64,000 nucleotides of DNA, taken from assembly GCA_003971905.1 (NCBI GenBank), contig RSEE01000032.1, positions 1 to 64,000 of the forward strand, written 5' to 3'. The DNA is from Moniliella sp. 'wahieum'. Lineage: Eukaryota. Of the stretch, positions 39,317-53,007 are shown piece after piece. Numbering within the stretch: position 1 is the stretch's first letter; each line of letters starts with the position of its first letter. Both the position numbers and the translations under genes were made by a program. The notes under the pieces were generated by a model. The model had not been told where the DNA came from, made no database searches, and worked only from the letters and a program-made list of their open reading frames with translations.

Positions 39317-40614
39317 TTAAGAGGTAAACTTCCACGACACGGAGCCGCTGGCGAGTGACTGAAGCGAAGAATCGACAGCCAAGAAGTTTTCAGTCTCTTC
39401 CGGGACCCACTCGGTGACAATGGCTTTGGTATCCTTGTTGTCGCTGTGGATGGAGATCCACTTGCCACAGACTTGTTTCAGGTTCTCGCTCGAGTACTGC
39501 TTGGTTGGTCCCACGGCCACTGCCGTCGTTCCATGAGGAACGCTGACACCGGGGCAGTATTGGCTGTCGATCTTATCCCACACCTCGGGCTTGAAAGAGA
39601 AGGACCCTCCGTTGGAGGACGAAGCAGACGAACTCTTGGCCGGAGAGGCGGAGGAGGACGAGGAGTGGGATGAAGAGTGAGACGAGGAGTGGGACGAAGA
39701 GGACGAAGAGGAGGACGAAGAAGCGGAAGAGTGGGACTGGGACGAAGACCCACCAGAGGCCTTCCCATCAGTGTTGCACGGGTTCTCCGTACCGTCATCA
39801 AAGGTCCATGACACAGGGAAAATGCCAACGCTGTGTTCGGCGAGCATGCCAAACAAACCATAGGTCAAGTCAATGTCACACTGGGATCAGAAGGAGAAAA
39901 GCACGGATATAGGCATGTCAGTTTACCGGTGGGAGTTATAATCGGGTCAACAAATAAGAGAAGCGGGAGAAAAGGAAAGAAAAGGACGCACGATGTTCTG
40001 GCAGGTGGAGTGGGTCGAGGGACATTCGTCCATCAGCTTGGCCTTTTGACTGCCGAGGATTCCGTGGATCGTAATGGACTTGTAGCAGAGATCCTTTTGG
40101 CTTAAACCCTGGCTTGCAAAATGTTTCCAGCCGGGGATGGAAAGTGCCAATCCCATCTAGTCGGAGGCACATAGAGTGAGGTCAGTACAATGAGAGAATG
40201 TGTGTCGGTTGCAAACAACGAGCGCATTCTCCCCACACGCCACACGTATTAGTCCTTCCAACAAATGAGACTTGGTTTGAGATGGGGAGAGAGAGAGAGA
40301 GAGAGAAAGAGGACACGTACCGTGTTATCGTCCATAATTTGACCGCAGGCAGAAGTCGAGCCTCCCTCGGTGGCAGGATGATAAAAAGTGGCGTGGCCAC
40401 CGCTGCCACGGGCAGCCAGTTGGTTAGACAGGGTGCTGTTGTGGAGGAGGTAGCCGTGGCGCTCGCTCGCGTTCTTTGGGCCCTCTGAAGAGGCACGAGC
40501 AACTGGGTGATGGAGGGAGAAGCCCAGTCCACGAGGCTGGTTCGGGTGATGGCCCGCCCAGGCGCTGGCAGCACCTAGGGCAAGGAGGACGGTCGTGAGG
40601 AGGGAGCGGGACAT
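39317..40614 (-). CDS. Secreted expansin/RlpA-like (DPBB) protein with two DPBB-like domains and Ser-rich linker; 2 or more introns
   Basis: Signal peptide MSRSLLTTVLLALGAASAWA; GHATFYHP..SACG; LCYKSITIHG..AKLMDECP..C; DIDLTYGLF..GIFPVSWTF; poly-Ser; second domain AVAVG..VCGKWISIH..AIVTEW..VSWKF. Confidence 0.88.
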
Positions 40615-41998
40615 GGCAGCTGCGTTCGCGAGAAAGAACGTGATGGGATGAGGAGCAGTGACGAGAGAATGTGTCAGGGTGTGTAGGGGCGGGGAGAGGG
40701 CTGAAGGAGAGCAGGATGGTGGTGGCGAGGAAAGGGTCAGAGGGAAAATTGGCAGGTCGACTGTGGTCTGTCAAGGGCCGCGGCGGGATACCACAGATCC
40801 CACCCTGCATCCTCGTCGATCGTCGTCTTGCGAGGTAAGTTGCACAACGCATATATGTGGGCCCTGGTATTGACACGGGCGCAGAGGCACCCGGGGGCAA
40901 TGTGCCACGACTCCAGTTGCAATTGCAATTGCAATTGCAATTGCGGATGTGACATCTGGGAGCGACAAGCGGAGGCGCGAGCGAGACGGCGGAAGGGAGC
41001 GCTTGGCAGTGCTCTCCTGCTCTCTCCTTCTCTCACTCTCTCGTCACTCCGTGCTCACGCTCACTGCCAGGCAGATCATAGTCGCTCGCCCAGCCTGAGC
41101 GCTCATCAACACGTCAACGTTCAACACCATTACACAGCTGTGCCCACACGCGCCACCGAGAGCGACTCCGAGCCGGGTGCGAAGAGCGACATTGGCATCC
41201 CCCCACCCGCGGCGCACTCGAGCCCCCCACAGAGCGAGTAGATCAGTCACGCCCTTTGCAGTGCTAACTATTACTCGGAACCGTAACCGGTAGGTAACCC
41301 CACAAGAGTACAGCAATAAGGTCAAGGCCTAAGGTGCGTCTTGCGTCTGCCTCACACTACTTTAGTATAGTTTGGCTGTGGCATATATTAGCTTCTGCCC
41401 TCCTCTGCCCCTCCCCCCTCTCCTACGATTCTGCTGCCCTGCGTCCCACTGGGCCCACACAAACGTCAAAACGGAGCGAGCTTGGCGTGTGCAATGATCC
41501 AATGACTAATGAGATCGAGAGGAGAGAGAGAGAGGGTGACCGATGCGGAAAGAGCAAAAGGCCTCAGCCTCATGCATCCTGCACATCATGCACATCATGC
41601 ATCATGTGCATCATGAATGACTAGATGACTCGCCCACCGATCCAGTGCCTTCAGTGCAGATCTTCAGGTCATAATATCGTTGGTGGGTCTTGGCGCGAGA
41701 CGCGAAACGGGAGATGCCAAATGTCCATCCATATACATGTCCCTTCTACTGAACATTCAATATTCAGTACAGGCCAGCGGTCAGGTCAATCAGTGGTCAA
41801 AGAACTCTCAGACTCAGTTGTCGAAGTGGAGCGTTGGAGGCCAAGTGTGGTGGTGGGGGGGGGGGTTGCTCAATGAGATCATGAGATCTGAGATTCCGTG
41901 GTAGATGGAATGGGGGTGGGGCATGGGGATGCGAGGAGGGCCATGCGTGGTGTCATGCGGTGTAAAAGGGTAGGGAAAAACAAAAAACAAAAAAGGAA

Positions 41999-42095
41999 TG
42001 ACGAGAGTGGGATTCGAACCCACGCCCCGGAGGACTGCGGTTGAGGTAACTGGATCACCTTAACACAGCGCGTTAGACCACTTCGCTATCTCGCC
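41999..42095 (-). tRNA. tRNA-Leu(AAG) with ~17-nt intron
   Basis: Reverse complement GGCGAGA..TCTCGTC-A acceptor; D loop AGTGGTCTAA; anticodon stem CTGTG/CGCAG with TT-AAG-G[intron]C; variable arm; GTGGG-TTCGAAT-CCCAC; downstream oligo-T pol III terminator (A runs at ~41976-41994 on the plus strand). Confidence 0.95.
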
Positions 42096-42739
42096 TGATG
42101 CTTACCATGAGAATTTGAATCATTTAGATCAGTCCATAGCCTGAACCAGATCGGTACAGGGTGCGGAGACTGAGTGGCAAGCAAACCACAGTGCCTGCGT
42201 CGGCCCCCCTCACGCATTACGAGTTTCAATTACTTGTCACTCCAATCTATCAATTCTATGCCGCACCACACTTTCCCTCCTCCCTTTCCTTCTCTTCCCA
42301 TCCTATCCCATCCCATCCTATCCTCCAAGCTGCTCTACAGAAAGCTCACGGGGGAAAAGCGGACGAGTTCAGGGGGTCTCAAGGGGACGAAAAAGATGAG
42401 TTAAAACGGGGGGGGGGAATGAGATGATCAAGTGCCACGTGCTGATCCACCGCGAACAAGGAGAGGAGGTGAGATCAAGGGGAAGGGAGATCAAGAGATC
42501 AAGGGGGGGGGGGAGATGATCAAGGCGAGGGGAGATCAAGGGGATGGGAGATTAAGAGCTCCAAAGGGACCTGAGATCTGGGATCTGAAATCTGATCCGA
42601 GAGAGGGCTCGAGACCAACCACCAAGCGCGATCCAACGGGGTTGGTTCAAAAGCGATCATCGATCATGGAGGGGGGTGAAAAACCATGTGTCATGTCATA
42701 CGCATGCACCCACAGCTGGATGCGAGATACAGGTGAGGA

Positions 42740-42813
42740 GGGAGGTCGATGAGACGAGGGGGAAGGGAGGTCGATGAGACGAGGGGGAAGGGAGGTCGAT
42801 GAGACGAGGGGGA
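42740..42813. repeat. 25-bp tandem repeat x3 (GGGAGGTCGATGAGACGAGGGGGAA)
   Basis: Three near-identical adjacent copies read directly. Confidence 0.95.
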
Positions 42814-43336
42814 GGGGGGGGTAGGAGGGGAAGTAAGGGGTGCCCATAGGCGGTGCCCGGGAAAGGTGGTGGGTGCACTCGAAGCGAGAAAAGGAAAAAA
42901 AAGGAGAGAAAAGGAGACAAGGAGACAAGGAGAAGAGGAGACAAGGAGAAAAAGAGAAAAGGGAGATAAAAAGGAAGAGAAGGGTTCAATTCAAACAAGT
43001 TGAAACAAAACCAAAACGCCTTCCCAATCCGAACGACAGAACGACGGGGGAGAGATAAGTTGAATGGGAATGCGCCTCCAGAGGGAAACCGACCTGGAAC
43101 GACAATGTGACAAGGGAACAGGAGATAAGAGATAAAGGACAAAGGATAGCGAGGTGAACTGAGAAATGGGAGATGGGGAGGATGGAAGAACGAAAGATGG
43201 TTTGAGATCTGATGCAGGGATGCTTGATGAGAAGTGGTCCAGAGCCAAAATGAACCCAAGCGAATAAGGTACATCCACACCAACCCTTGACAACTGCCCA
43301 CGGAAGCAAAGCCAACGAACGGAAAAACAGTGGTCC

Positions 43337-46300
43337 TTACGCCACTGTGGGTACCTGATTGAACGGGTTGAGCGCATACACCTGTCCCACCGCGTGCCCA
43401 TCAGAGCAATCAGTCAGTACCTTTGAGAAAAGAGAATCAAGCAATCCAGCACGCAAGAAAGCAAGAAGGAAACGAAACCAAAAACGCACCTTAAGCACCG
43501 GAGGCGACTTGACCATCTCGACCGTGACCAACACAGGCACCTGGTCCAACAACGATACGGTCTGAAGGCGGTGTCCCTCGACCGTCTGTTCCACCGTACC
43601 CTCGGTCCATCCCCAGGTAGGCGGCACGCCCAAGGGCGCAGACTGAGCCTGAGCCTGAGCCTGAGACTGGGGCAAGGCTGGGGCAAGGGCGCGGTACGCG
43701 GGACGGTGGTAGCCAAGCGGACGCCCTTGGAGAACGCCAAGCTGAGACTACGTTCGACGGAACCGTGAGCGGCCTGGGCATTGATCGCATCCACGTCCAC
43801 CTGATCTTCATCGTCAAACAGAGCCGCTTCGCGGGCTTGTTTATCGTTGGGCTCAGCCACTTCGGCAGGGAAGGGTACGACGGGTGTGCCTTGAGAACGG
43901 AGGAAACGAATTGTGTCCCCCTGTCCCCAGTAGAGCGTCAACCGTTCGGACGCAGCATCGTGCGCAACATGCAACAGTGGCAGTTGGTCCGTGTGCACGC
44001 GCTTCTCTACCCCCACAACGGTAGCAGCACATCAAACGATCCCTCGTGCACCGCCGTCACGGTAGCCATGCGCACAACGGGGCCGTAGCGCATACTCAGG
44101 TCGTGTACCAAGAGGCAGAGGTAGAGGTGCGCGCTGGCGCCCATGGCGCGTTCCGATGCGCCCAAGCGCGTGTTGGCCTGCAACGCAATCCGTGCTACTT
44201 CGGCTCCATCCCATCCGGACGATGCGGTGGACTGCGGGGAGGGGAACCGTGAGCATGCCGGCCGCCAAGGCGGTGAGGACTTGGCGGAGAACGAGAGCGT
44301 CGGCATACGAGGTGAGGGGGTTGGTGCAATGCGTGTCAATTGCCGTGCCATGGGCCCAGTGAGCAAACTGGCCAATGTCCGCCAGTCCAGCAGAGAGTAC
44401 TCGCCATCCTTGCCAGCCAGGGACGAGGCCAAGACGCGCCGGAGCACCGCCTCGATCGCAATGCGGTGAGGAATCGAGATGGTTCCAATACGCTCCAGCG
44501 ACGCCTGCAGCAGCTGGGCACTCGGCACGATCGGACGGTCAGGGATAAGAGAAGTATCGATGCCCTCGGGCACGGGCGTCGAGGGCTTGTCGCCCACCTC
44601 AATGCAACGAAGCGTGTAGCCAGTCAAGCGTTCCAACCGGGCGCACGTCGCAGCCAAGCGGCGCGTGGACGGCGGGGGCGCACGACGGAGCAGCGCGGCA
44701 TCTGGCAGGGTGGCTCCAATGAGCTTGGCAGCCGCCTGGTTGGCCAAAGCCATCACTTGGTCCACCACTTGGCGTGCCGTCGCCTTGCCCACCAAGGACC
44801 GCGGGGCCACACTAGCGTCCGTAGGCAAGCTGACCTCGTTGAGGGTGAACTGGGGGATAAGGTCGGGTATGTCAATGCCGCCGGGGTAGTCCGGGGCCCG
44901 GCCGGCAAGCCGAGCTGAACGAAGTGCGTCGACCACCTTGCTTAGATGGACAAGTGTCTTCGCCACAGCGCTCTCCGTCGCCTCGGTATTGGGAGAGGAG
45001 GAAGAGGAGGAGGAGGAGGCCAGGAGAAGGTCGGCTTCCTGCCAAGAAAGATAGGCACACGAACGCACCACGCTGCGTCCTGCCCAGGTGAGCGTGGGCG
45101 GCGGCAACTCTTCCTCTCCTTCGAGGAGCTGGGGCAGGGTGAAGAAGAACGAGATGGCAAGCCGGTCCTGGTTGGGCCGAAGCGACGCGTACTCTGCCCC
45201 GACGACGGGCGGGAGCATGGCGACCGAGTCCTGCGCCAACGGTTGAACGAGGGAGGTGGCGGTTGCCGCGCCGGCGGGCAAGGCGGTCGAGCGGGGACGA
45301 AGGCTTGACAAAATAGGGCACATCGGCAATGTGGATCGCCAGTTCGTCTCCCTCGGGCTTGCGGGTAAAAGAGATGGCCGTTTCTGCCTGTGCCTCGCCA
45401 CCGCCGGACCCAGCGAGAAGAGCGTCAACTGTTCGTCTTTGGCTCCGGGACGAAGGTCGCGCCTGTTCTCAGCCTCCTTGGACGGAACAACCCAGGGTGG
45501 GGGGGGCGGAGGGAACGACGCTCATCCACCGTAAGCTGAAGCGGGGGCAAAGCACCACCGAGGGAATGAGAGAGAAACCGCACCAGTCAACTCGGAGCCT
45601 AGGGTAGGCGGTGCCACCATGGCCCGTCGACTCGTCTCCTCCTCGGCAGAAATAGCAAGGGTGGAACGAACAATGGCAATCGTCTCCGCCTCAAGGTTGC
45701 CCATCACGCCCGCATCCTCGACGAGCGAACCAAACGGGTGAAGCGAAGTGACAGGCCACCGCTTGAGCGTCGCAATGAACAGGCGGCGGGAAAAGACCGA
45801 GTTTCGGAATTGGGGTCGAGCCAAAACTCGTCCGGCGCCTCATCCGCCGGAATCGCCATCAGCGGTACACGTTTGTCCACCGGTCGGAACCAGACGATCC
45901 GAGGCCGGCTCGATGGCGGCATGGATGTCGGCCCAGTCGCCGAGCGCAACGTGTCCCCACCTTGCTTCTCTCGCGTAGCTGCCGCCGACGGGCGGAGGAG
46001 ACCCAGGGTGCCTGCATACAGTTGGCCCGAAGGACGTTCGATGATGCCCACCACATGTCCAACAAGCGGAGGAGGCGCACTCGACACGGGCGACGTACTC
46101 GATGCCGGGGAAGAAGGGGATCCGGCCGAGCCGGGTCCGTCCAACGCGTTGCCCACCACATCGTCCGCCTCGTCGTCCGGCAGGCCCAACTGGGTGCCCT
46201 CAACTTCATCATCCGCTTGTTGTTGCTGTTGCGCTGCTGCTGTTGTTGTTGTTGTTGCTGCGGGCCCTGGGTAGCGTTGCCAGGGAGCGCTGGGCCACCA

Positions 46301-48280
46301 CGGGTAAACTCGGCAAGATCCGAAAACGATTGGGAGTAGGAGTGGCTGTGGTGATGGCCACCCCCACTCTGGGAGGAGATGGAATGAGAATGGGAGTGTT
46401 GCATATCTCTTTGCGGCGTTTCTTATCTTCCTTGGCTTGGCGAGCCGACCAAACCTCTTTGGGGTCGAGTAGCTCGACGGCCACAACGTCACCGTGGAGG
46501 GCACGGTTGCGGTCCTTGGATCCGGAAATAAAGATGTCAGGCATCTGGCCGGCCGAGGCGGCAAGGCCAGAGCCCGGGCCTGCGGCGGCCAAGGCAGCAA
46601 GAACGGCAGATTGCGCGTTGCTTCCGGCCTGAGAGGCGTGGGGAGGAGCAGTTGCTGTTGCAACAGATCGGAGGCCGGACGCACATATGCGCCGCCGCGG
46701 TTGCGCTGGTTGATGCGCAGGGTGCCAACCCAGATTTCGCCCGAAGCAACGAGAGGAGCAATGGCGCTGTAGGGAGGTACGTGCCAAAAAGAGGCTTGCG
46801 TTGCGGCCCAGCAGAGCCGGGAGCATCCGAGGGTGGAAAGCGAGCGGTGATGGCTGTGGCGGCTGCCGCCCCCCTGGGGTCCACCGATCGCTGGTTGACC
46901 TGAGCCCGCGACTGATGGAGTGCGTGGAGGTGCGCTTGGGCTGAGCGAGGGCAACGGTAGAGACAGCAGGATCTTCGGGTGTGGTGGAGGAGAGGCTGGC
47001 AAGGCTGCTGCCGAGCCGAGTGTGCCCACGTCCGCCACCCCGCGCGGCCCCGGCGGGGGAGCCAGCATAGGCCGAGGGCATGCTGCAGTTGAGGCAGTCA
47101 ATCCCGTTGCGGCAGCGGCTTCAAAGGTGAGGGCCAAGCTCTGGTGGGCAGCCTGGAGGCGGAGGAGAACCCATCGGCAATGTCAGCACGGTTCAGGGGA
47201 GGCGGGGCGGTGGGTGGGCCCATAAGACCAAAGCGCGAGAGAGAGAGGAGCCAGAGAGGGAATGGTGGTGCGTCGGGCCACCGCTGCTAGCGGCAGGGCC
47301 CACCGCAGGCGGTCGGGCATAGTCGCCCGGGCCCGGGCCCGGGCCTGGGCCGGGGGAGTGGGAGAGGGCGCCGGCGGCGGATTCGGGGCGGTACGATGAT
47401 GATGGGCCGAATAGGAGGTGGCCGAGGTGGGGGGGTGGGGCTGGCCAGGGAGCGGGAGGCAAGGGAGCCCATGAGACCAATGCGCGGGACGGTGGTCTGG
47501 GACGAGTGGCGACGGGCGTGACCGGCCGAGGGCGGGGTGCCAGGGGCACAGCGGGGGCTGGGTGGAGTCCAAGTCGGGTGCATGCTGCGAGACCTGGCTG
47601 CCCAACGACGATGAGGCCCAGTGGCGACGCGTGAGCGGGCGGGGCTGTGCCGCCCGGGGGCGCAATCGGCGCGGGCGGGGAGGAGGGCTGGGCCGGTACC
47701 GGAGGCTGGGCCTGGGACTGGGCCTGGGCCTGGGGTTGAGAGGGAGGCGGGGACACCAGCGAGGCCGTGCTGGAGGGACGGAGGAGGCGTCTGGGAGAGG
47801 GAAAGGGCGGCTTGTTGGGCCTGGAGGGCCTCGATTTGCTGCTGGAGCGCCATGTGCTGTGCCTGGGCGGCGGCGGAGAGGGCGGCGGCGGAAGCAGCGG
47901 GTGGGGCGGAGGGAGCGGACGTGGGCAGGAGCGGCGGGGGGGCGCCGCGGGCGGCAGCCATGACGGCCTGGGCCTGGGCCTGGGCTTGGGCCTGGGAGTG
48001 GTCCGGAGGGGGCGTGAGGGCCTAGGAGGCCGATGCGCTGGAGCGACGAGCGGCGCGTGTGGGCAGACGCGGCGGCGGCAGCAGCAGCAGCAGCAGAAGC
48101 CGAGGCGGAGGCGGGGTCGGGGGCGGGGTGGGGTGGGGCTGGGGCTGGGGTCGGGGTCGGGGCCGGGGCCGGTGCTCTTGCGGGCCATGGCGGAGCGGAA
48201 GGCAGCGGTGCCGGCAAAGGCGGGCTTGGCGGAGGCGTCGTTGGCGGCGGCGGGGCGGTGGGGGTGGGCGGCGTGGCCAT
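43337..48280 (-). CDS. SSD1: Ssd1/Dis3L2-family RNB-domain RNA-binding protein
   Basis: Pro/Gln/Ala-rich N-terminus (ALQQQIEALQAQQ); GTLRINQRNRGGAYV; PDIFISGSKDRNRALHGDVVAVELLD; GHVVGIIERPSGQLYAGTLGLLRPS; IVWFRPVDKRVPLMAIP; KRWPVTSLHPFGSLVE; AHLYLCLLV; FDVLLPLWGVEKRVHTDQLP. Confidence 0.92.
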
Positions 48281-49139
48281 CGTGGACGGGCACAAGGAGG
48301 GGGGGCGGGAGCGAGCGGCGGGGGGGCGGGGGGCGGGGCGGGTGGTGGCGGTCGGGGGAGATCCGGGCAGACGTAGCTGCTGCATCGCAGCCCTCGCTCG
48401 GCGAGCGGCAGGGCGAGTGGATGCGGTGGCACGGCGGCGCACTGGCCCGGGCGGCCGGGTGGCATGTGGCATGCGACGGTGCACGGGCCGGGGCGGCAGG
48501 CGGGGAGTGTGGGGGCGGCGGGGGCAGGCGGCGACGGGTGACGGGTGAGCGGCCGCAGCGCAGCAGGTGCTGGAGGCGTCGCTGCTCGAGCCGATAGCCG
48601 ATGGTCCAGTCCATGGCCGCTGCAGCAGCTGCTCCCAAGCGCCCCTGCCTGCGCCGCCGCCAGAGCGCTATTACCACGGCCCATGCCAGGGGGGGATGGC
48701 TGCGCGCCGGGCGTGGCCGATGTGGCCGGTGGCGGCCGACGCAGCAGCAAGCAGCAAGCAGCAAGCAGCAAACAGCAAGCAAGCTGGCCCGGCCGCTCGG
48801 GGCATGGCGCCTGTGGCGTGTGCCTGCGGGCCGCTGTGTGCTCCCGTGCGAGAGCCATCTTGAATCGGCAACGTCATTCTCCCCCCGCGCATACTTGGGC
48901 AAGCAAAGCAATAAGCTGCGAAGCCAGCGCATGCCAAGCCCAGCCGCCCTGTGTGTGCTCCCTGCATCGCCTCGCCTCGGCTAACCCTCACTAGTCACTA
49001 ATCACTACTGCCCACCACTACCTCCGTTTTCCCAGCCTGGTGCCCACTATGCATACGTTCGCTCGGGATAGATACATGGCCAGGTGCCAGTGGCGACTAG
49101 TAGCTAGTAGCTCGTTGCTCGCGAGTCGTGGCTAGACAT

Positions 49140-51803
49140 TTACTGCGGCGACAAGCTGAGCAGCTGCGCATACGTGGCGGGGGCAACGAGGGGGCGGACC
49201 AAGCCCGCAAAGGAGAGGAGCGTACGCGCCTTGGCGCGTACGTCTTCCAGTGCGTGGTGCTGCGGGGGCGGGAGGACGGGTGCGCGTACGGCGCTGTGCA
49301 TCGAGCAAGATGCGCATGGTGAGCACCAACACAGCGCCCAAGTTTGCGTTTGCAGAGCCGAGGGGAACGTAGACCATTCCCGTGCGAGCGACGTGACGGT
49401 CTCCACGTCCGCACGTAAGGGCACCAGACGCGTACTGTCCAGCACACTCAACGCGTCCTCCAACGCGCCCGTACGGAACAAGCCCACTGCCCGCTGCACC
49501 TCCAACACACAACCGTACCGTGTCGCGTTGTTGTGGCGAGTCTGGTGCAACGCCCTCGGCTGCGCCTCGTACGATACCAGCATTCCCGTGCCACTGTGCC
49601 CAAGTCCTCGGCCGCCTGCAGCGACGTGCCACGCACCAGCAGTCGTGTCGACTCGCGTGCCGCAGCAGAGAGAGAGGAATCCGTCGGTCAAATAGCGTGG
49701 CACCCAGACCGTCAGTGAGCACTTCAGTGCCTTGTCGTACGCGCCGGCCAGGGTGTAGAGCAAGATGGCGTCTTTGGTCTGGCCGGCCTGCTGGGCCGCA
49801 GCAGCCGCTTCCGATACCACTGTGCGCAGGAAACCGGGTCTCGTCGGGAAATGGAGTAGGGCGGCATAGGTGGCAATCGCACCGGGGGCCACTGTGCCGT
49901 CGTTCCTCGGATCGCCCAAGAGGGTGTAGTAGTCCTTGGAGATCAACACCACTTCCTGCACCATCTCGAGGCACACTGCCACTGTTCTTCTCCCACCGGC
50001 GACGGCGCATCGGCATTCAAGGCGACCAGGCAAACGTGCTGCAACGCCTTTTGGGGGTCAGTTTGGACAAACGTGCGAACATAACGCTGGATGAGAGGCG
50101 CAAAATCAAAGTACGCCAAGCCCAGCGCAGCGGGCACGCCGGCAACACCAAGTCGGGACAGAGTCTGTCGAGACGGAGAGCAGCGCGAAAGAAATGGGGC
50201 AGCAGTGCTAGCGGGCGGGGGAGCAGGCCATAGTACGTCAATGTGATAGCAAATTGGACTGCGTCCGCATGGGAGGTAGGCCGCGCGGCAAGAAAGGCAA
50301 TTGCTCGCTCAAATTGTCCGACGAGCAGCAACAGTTGAAAGTAAAGGTAAGGTTGTGCCTTTGGGATCAAAGTAGGTCGGGCCAAACGTCGTCACTGCGT
50401 GGGCGAGATCACCGAGCGTATACTGGTCGCGTGAGGCAATCGAGTCACCGACTCGCAAACGCGTCTCAACACGGATGGTTCGCGCACCATGGCCATTGGA
50501 GCCAGAGCCACTGGCTCCAGGGGGAAGTCAAAGCGGACGGGAAGGGTTTGTGGCGTCAAAGCGGCCCATAGCTTGTAAGGGCGAGTTTGTACGGGTCCCT
50601 GCAGGTGCCTGGGAGCGACGGGCGGGAAGCGGGTAGTAAAATCGGTAAAGAGGCGTTCCCTTAGAGGCTTGGGAAGCAATCGGTCGGGCGCCGCAGCCTG
50701 TCTGGAACAAGGGTACAAACGAATGGTCCGTCCTTCGTAACACCTCTTCGGCCTGGGTGGCCAGCTGAAGTGCTGCCTCCTCCTCGCCCGAGCGGAGGAG
50801 GAGGAAGAGTACGCCCAAATAGGGATTTTGCCTTGGTCCAACTGGACCAGCTCAAGGTCGGAGGACCAGCGCTGGTCGGGCTGCATGTGCTGGATGCGGA
50901 GTAGGCAGCAATGCGCTCCGAAGGAGACCGCGGTGGACTGTCAGGACGGATACCAATGGCATGGTTGAGCTGCTGTTGGAAAGCGTCCTGGGGTAGCGCA
51001 TGGCAGCACGCGTGAGCTTAGTACGAAGCGCCAGACGAGCGAAGAGCAAGGTAGGCGTGAGGATCAGTGTAGGCTGGAGCAAACTCGCGTTGGGCGACAG
51101 CGCGTTTGGGTGAAGCGGCCATTCAGGACATGGTGTTCGCCGACCAGGGTCGGACAAGTTTCCACGAGTCGAGCAGCTTGGTGGTGGTGCTGCCGCCTGC
51201 CCTAGTCTGGAGCGCAGCCACAGCATCGGCGTAGGCGTGGGCGAGCGGGAACACGTCGCCGGCGAGGCGGGCGTCATTGACGCTGAACGACCATGACGTA
51301 GCGCAGCATCTTGCTGTGCATCTGAAGCGAGGCAGAGGTGCGCACGGACAGGGTTGTGACGGCGGGTTGGCAGCGGTAGCGGCAGCGGCAGCGGAAGCGG
51401 TAGCAGGGGCAGAAGGGACAAAGGAGCCCAAGTCCTCTGTGATGCGCGCTTCTGCATGGTCCAGCTGGTTTCGAGGGAGCGATCGACAGCGCGATACATG
51501 GCATGCTGGGTGTTGCGGCGCGCGTGCTGGAGGGCAGAGAGGAGGACTGCTGGTGCTCGTGGCGGAGGTAGCCGGTGACGTCGGTGTCTTCGAGCGGGCG
51601 GAGCGGCGCAAAGGCGGCGCGGCGTCGGCGGCAGCAGCAGCGGGCAGGGGCGGCGGGTGCGAGTGCGGGGCCAGCTGCCTGCTCTGCCGCTCGATCTGGT
51701 CCAGGCCGAGCTGGAGCGCAGGCAGGGCGGGGCTGTCGGAGGCAGAGGGGGAGGCGAGGTGCTGCGACTGCCGCAGCAGCTCCGCCAGACTCGGCACAGC
51801 CAT
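49140..51803 (-). CDS. NIC96: Nucleoporin Nic96/Nup93
   Basis: SLAELLRQSQHL..LPALQLGLDQIERQSRQL; TDVTGYLRHEHQQ; PIWAY..LLRSG; LYFQLLLLVGQFERAIAFL..DAVQFAITLTYYGLL; FAPLIQRYVRTF..TDPQKALQHVCLVAL; AILLYTLAGAYDKAL. Confidence 0.93.
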
Positions 51804-52095
51804 GGGGCGGAGGTGGTACAGCCGAGTAACCCAGATCGACTCTGCCGCCTCGACGTCCCGCCCGACGTCCAGCCCAACTTCTAGCATGTCCAAATCCAGG
51901 CGGACCCTCCTCGCCCACCACGCCCCATTCCGCCCCGCGCACGTGACACCCGCCCCCTCCAATTTCAAAATCACGCCAATCAAATCAAACCAGCCAGAGT
52001 CCAGCGCCAGCTGTGCCAGCTAACCTACCTTCCCTCCCTCCCCTTCCCCTTTCCCCCTTTCCCCGGCCCCACCACCACGCCTACCTAACCCAGCC

Positions 52096-53007
52096 ATGGC
52101 GGCCCCCACCAAGCTGCGCGTGCTCTGCCTCCACGGCTACACCTCCAACGCCTTCATCTACCAGAACGCTGCGGCTCGCTCCGCAAGAGCCTGAAGTGTA
52201 CGCTCCAACCCCCCTCCCTCCCCCTTCTCGCATCGCTGACCACGCCGCAGCGGTGGCCGACATGTACTTTATGAATGCGCCGCACCTCGTGCAGCCGATT
52301 ACTGCGCTGCGGGAGAGCGAATCTGAGCCTCCGGCGGTGGTGGACGAGTCGACGCCCTGGAGGAGCAGCCGCGTGGGTGGTGGTACTTTGAGACAATGCC
52401 GGAGCCAAAACGGAGGGTACGCGAACGATCGCAGGGTGGGACAAGACGGTGAGCTACCTGAGCCAAGAGTTGACTGAGCACGGTCCGTTTGATGCGATCT
52501 AGGGTTTAGCCAGGGTGGGTGTCTTGCCGCGGCGCTCACGTCGGCATTTGAAGATCCTACGCGATGGCCGGGCCTGCACTTGCACCCCGACCAAAAGCCC
52601 GCAAACTCACCATCATTCTGTCTGGGTTTAAGAATGGTGAGGCGCAATTCGAAGCGCTCTACCGGCAAAAGGTCAAGACGCCGCTCCTCCTCGTGGTGGG
52701 CAAGCAAGATCCCATTGTGGCTCCCTCGCGGTCCATGTCATTGCTCGACTATAGTGAGGATGTGCGATTGGAGGAGCACCCTGGTGGCCATGGCACTCCG
52801 ACCCAAGGCCCGTGGCGCAACTTTTTCAAGGATGTAGTTAGCGCGTTTGCTCGTCCGGACGGGCCGGGAGACTGGCACGCCATCCCTGGTCCCAACGAGC
52901 GCGCGCCCGGCCCGGCGCCCAACAGCAAACCGGGTAGCGGAACGTCGACGCCCAAGCCGACCACGCTCCACGATCTCGAGCAGGCCGACAAGGACAAGAA
53001 GGCATAA
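52096..53007 (+). CDS. FSH1/OVCA2-family serine hydrolase
   Basis: KLRVLCLHGYTSNA, YFMNAPH, HGPFD..GFSQGGCLAA, IILSGF, TPLLLVVGKQDPIV, HPGGHGTP. Confidence 0.92.

Noticed and set aside
47183..48994. Very long overlapping ORFs (433 and 579 aa, and antisense ones) as separate genes
   Set aside because: Extreme GC and low complexity suppress stop codons; they are alternative frames of the SSD1 N-terminus and its leader. The same applies to most short ORFs in the track.
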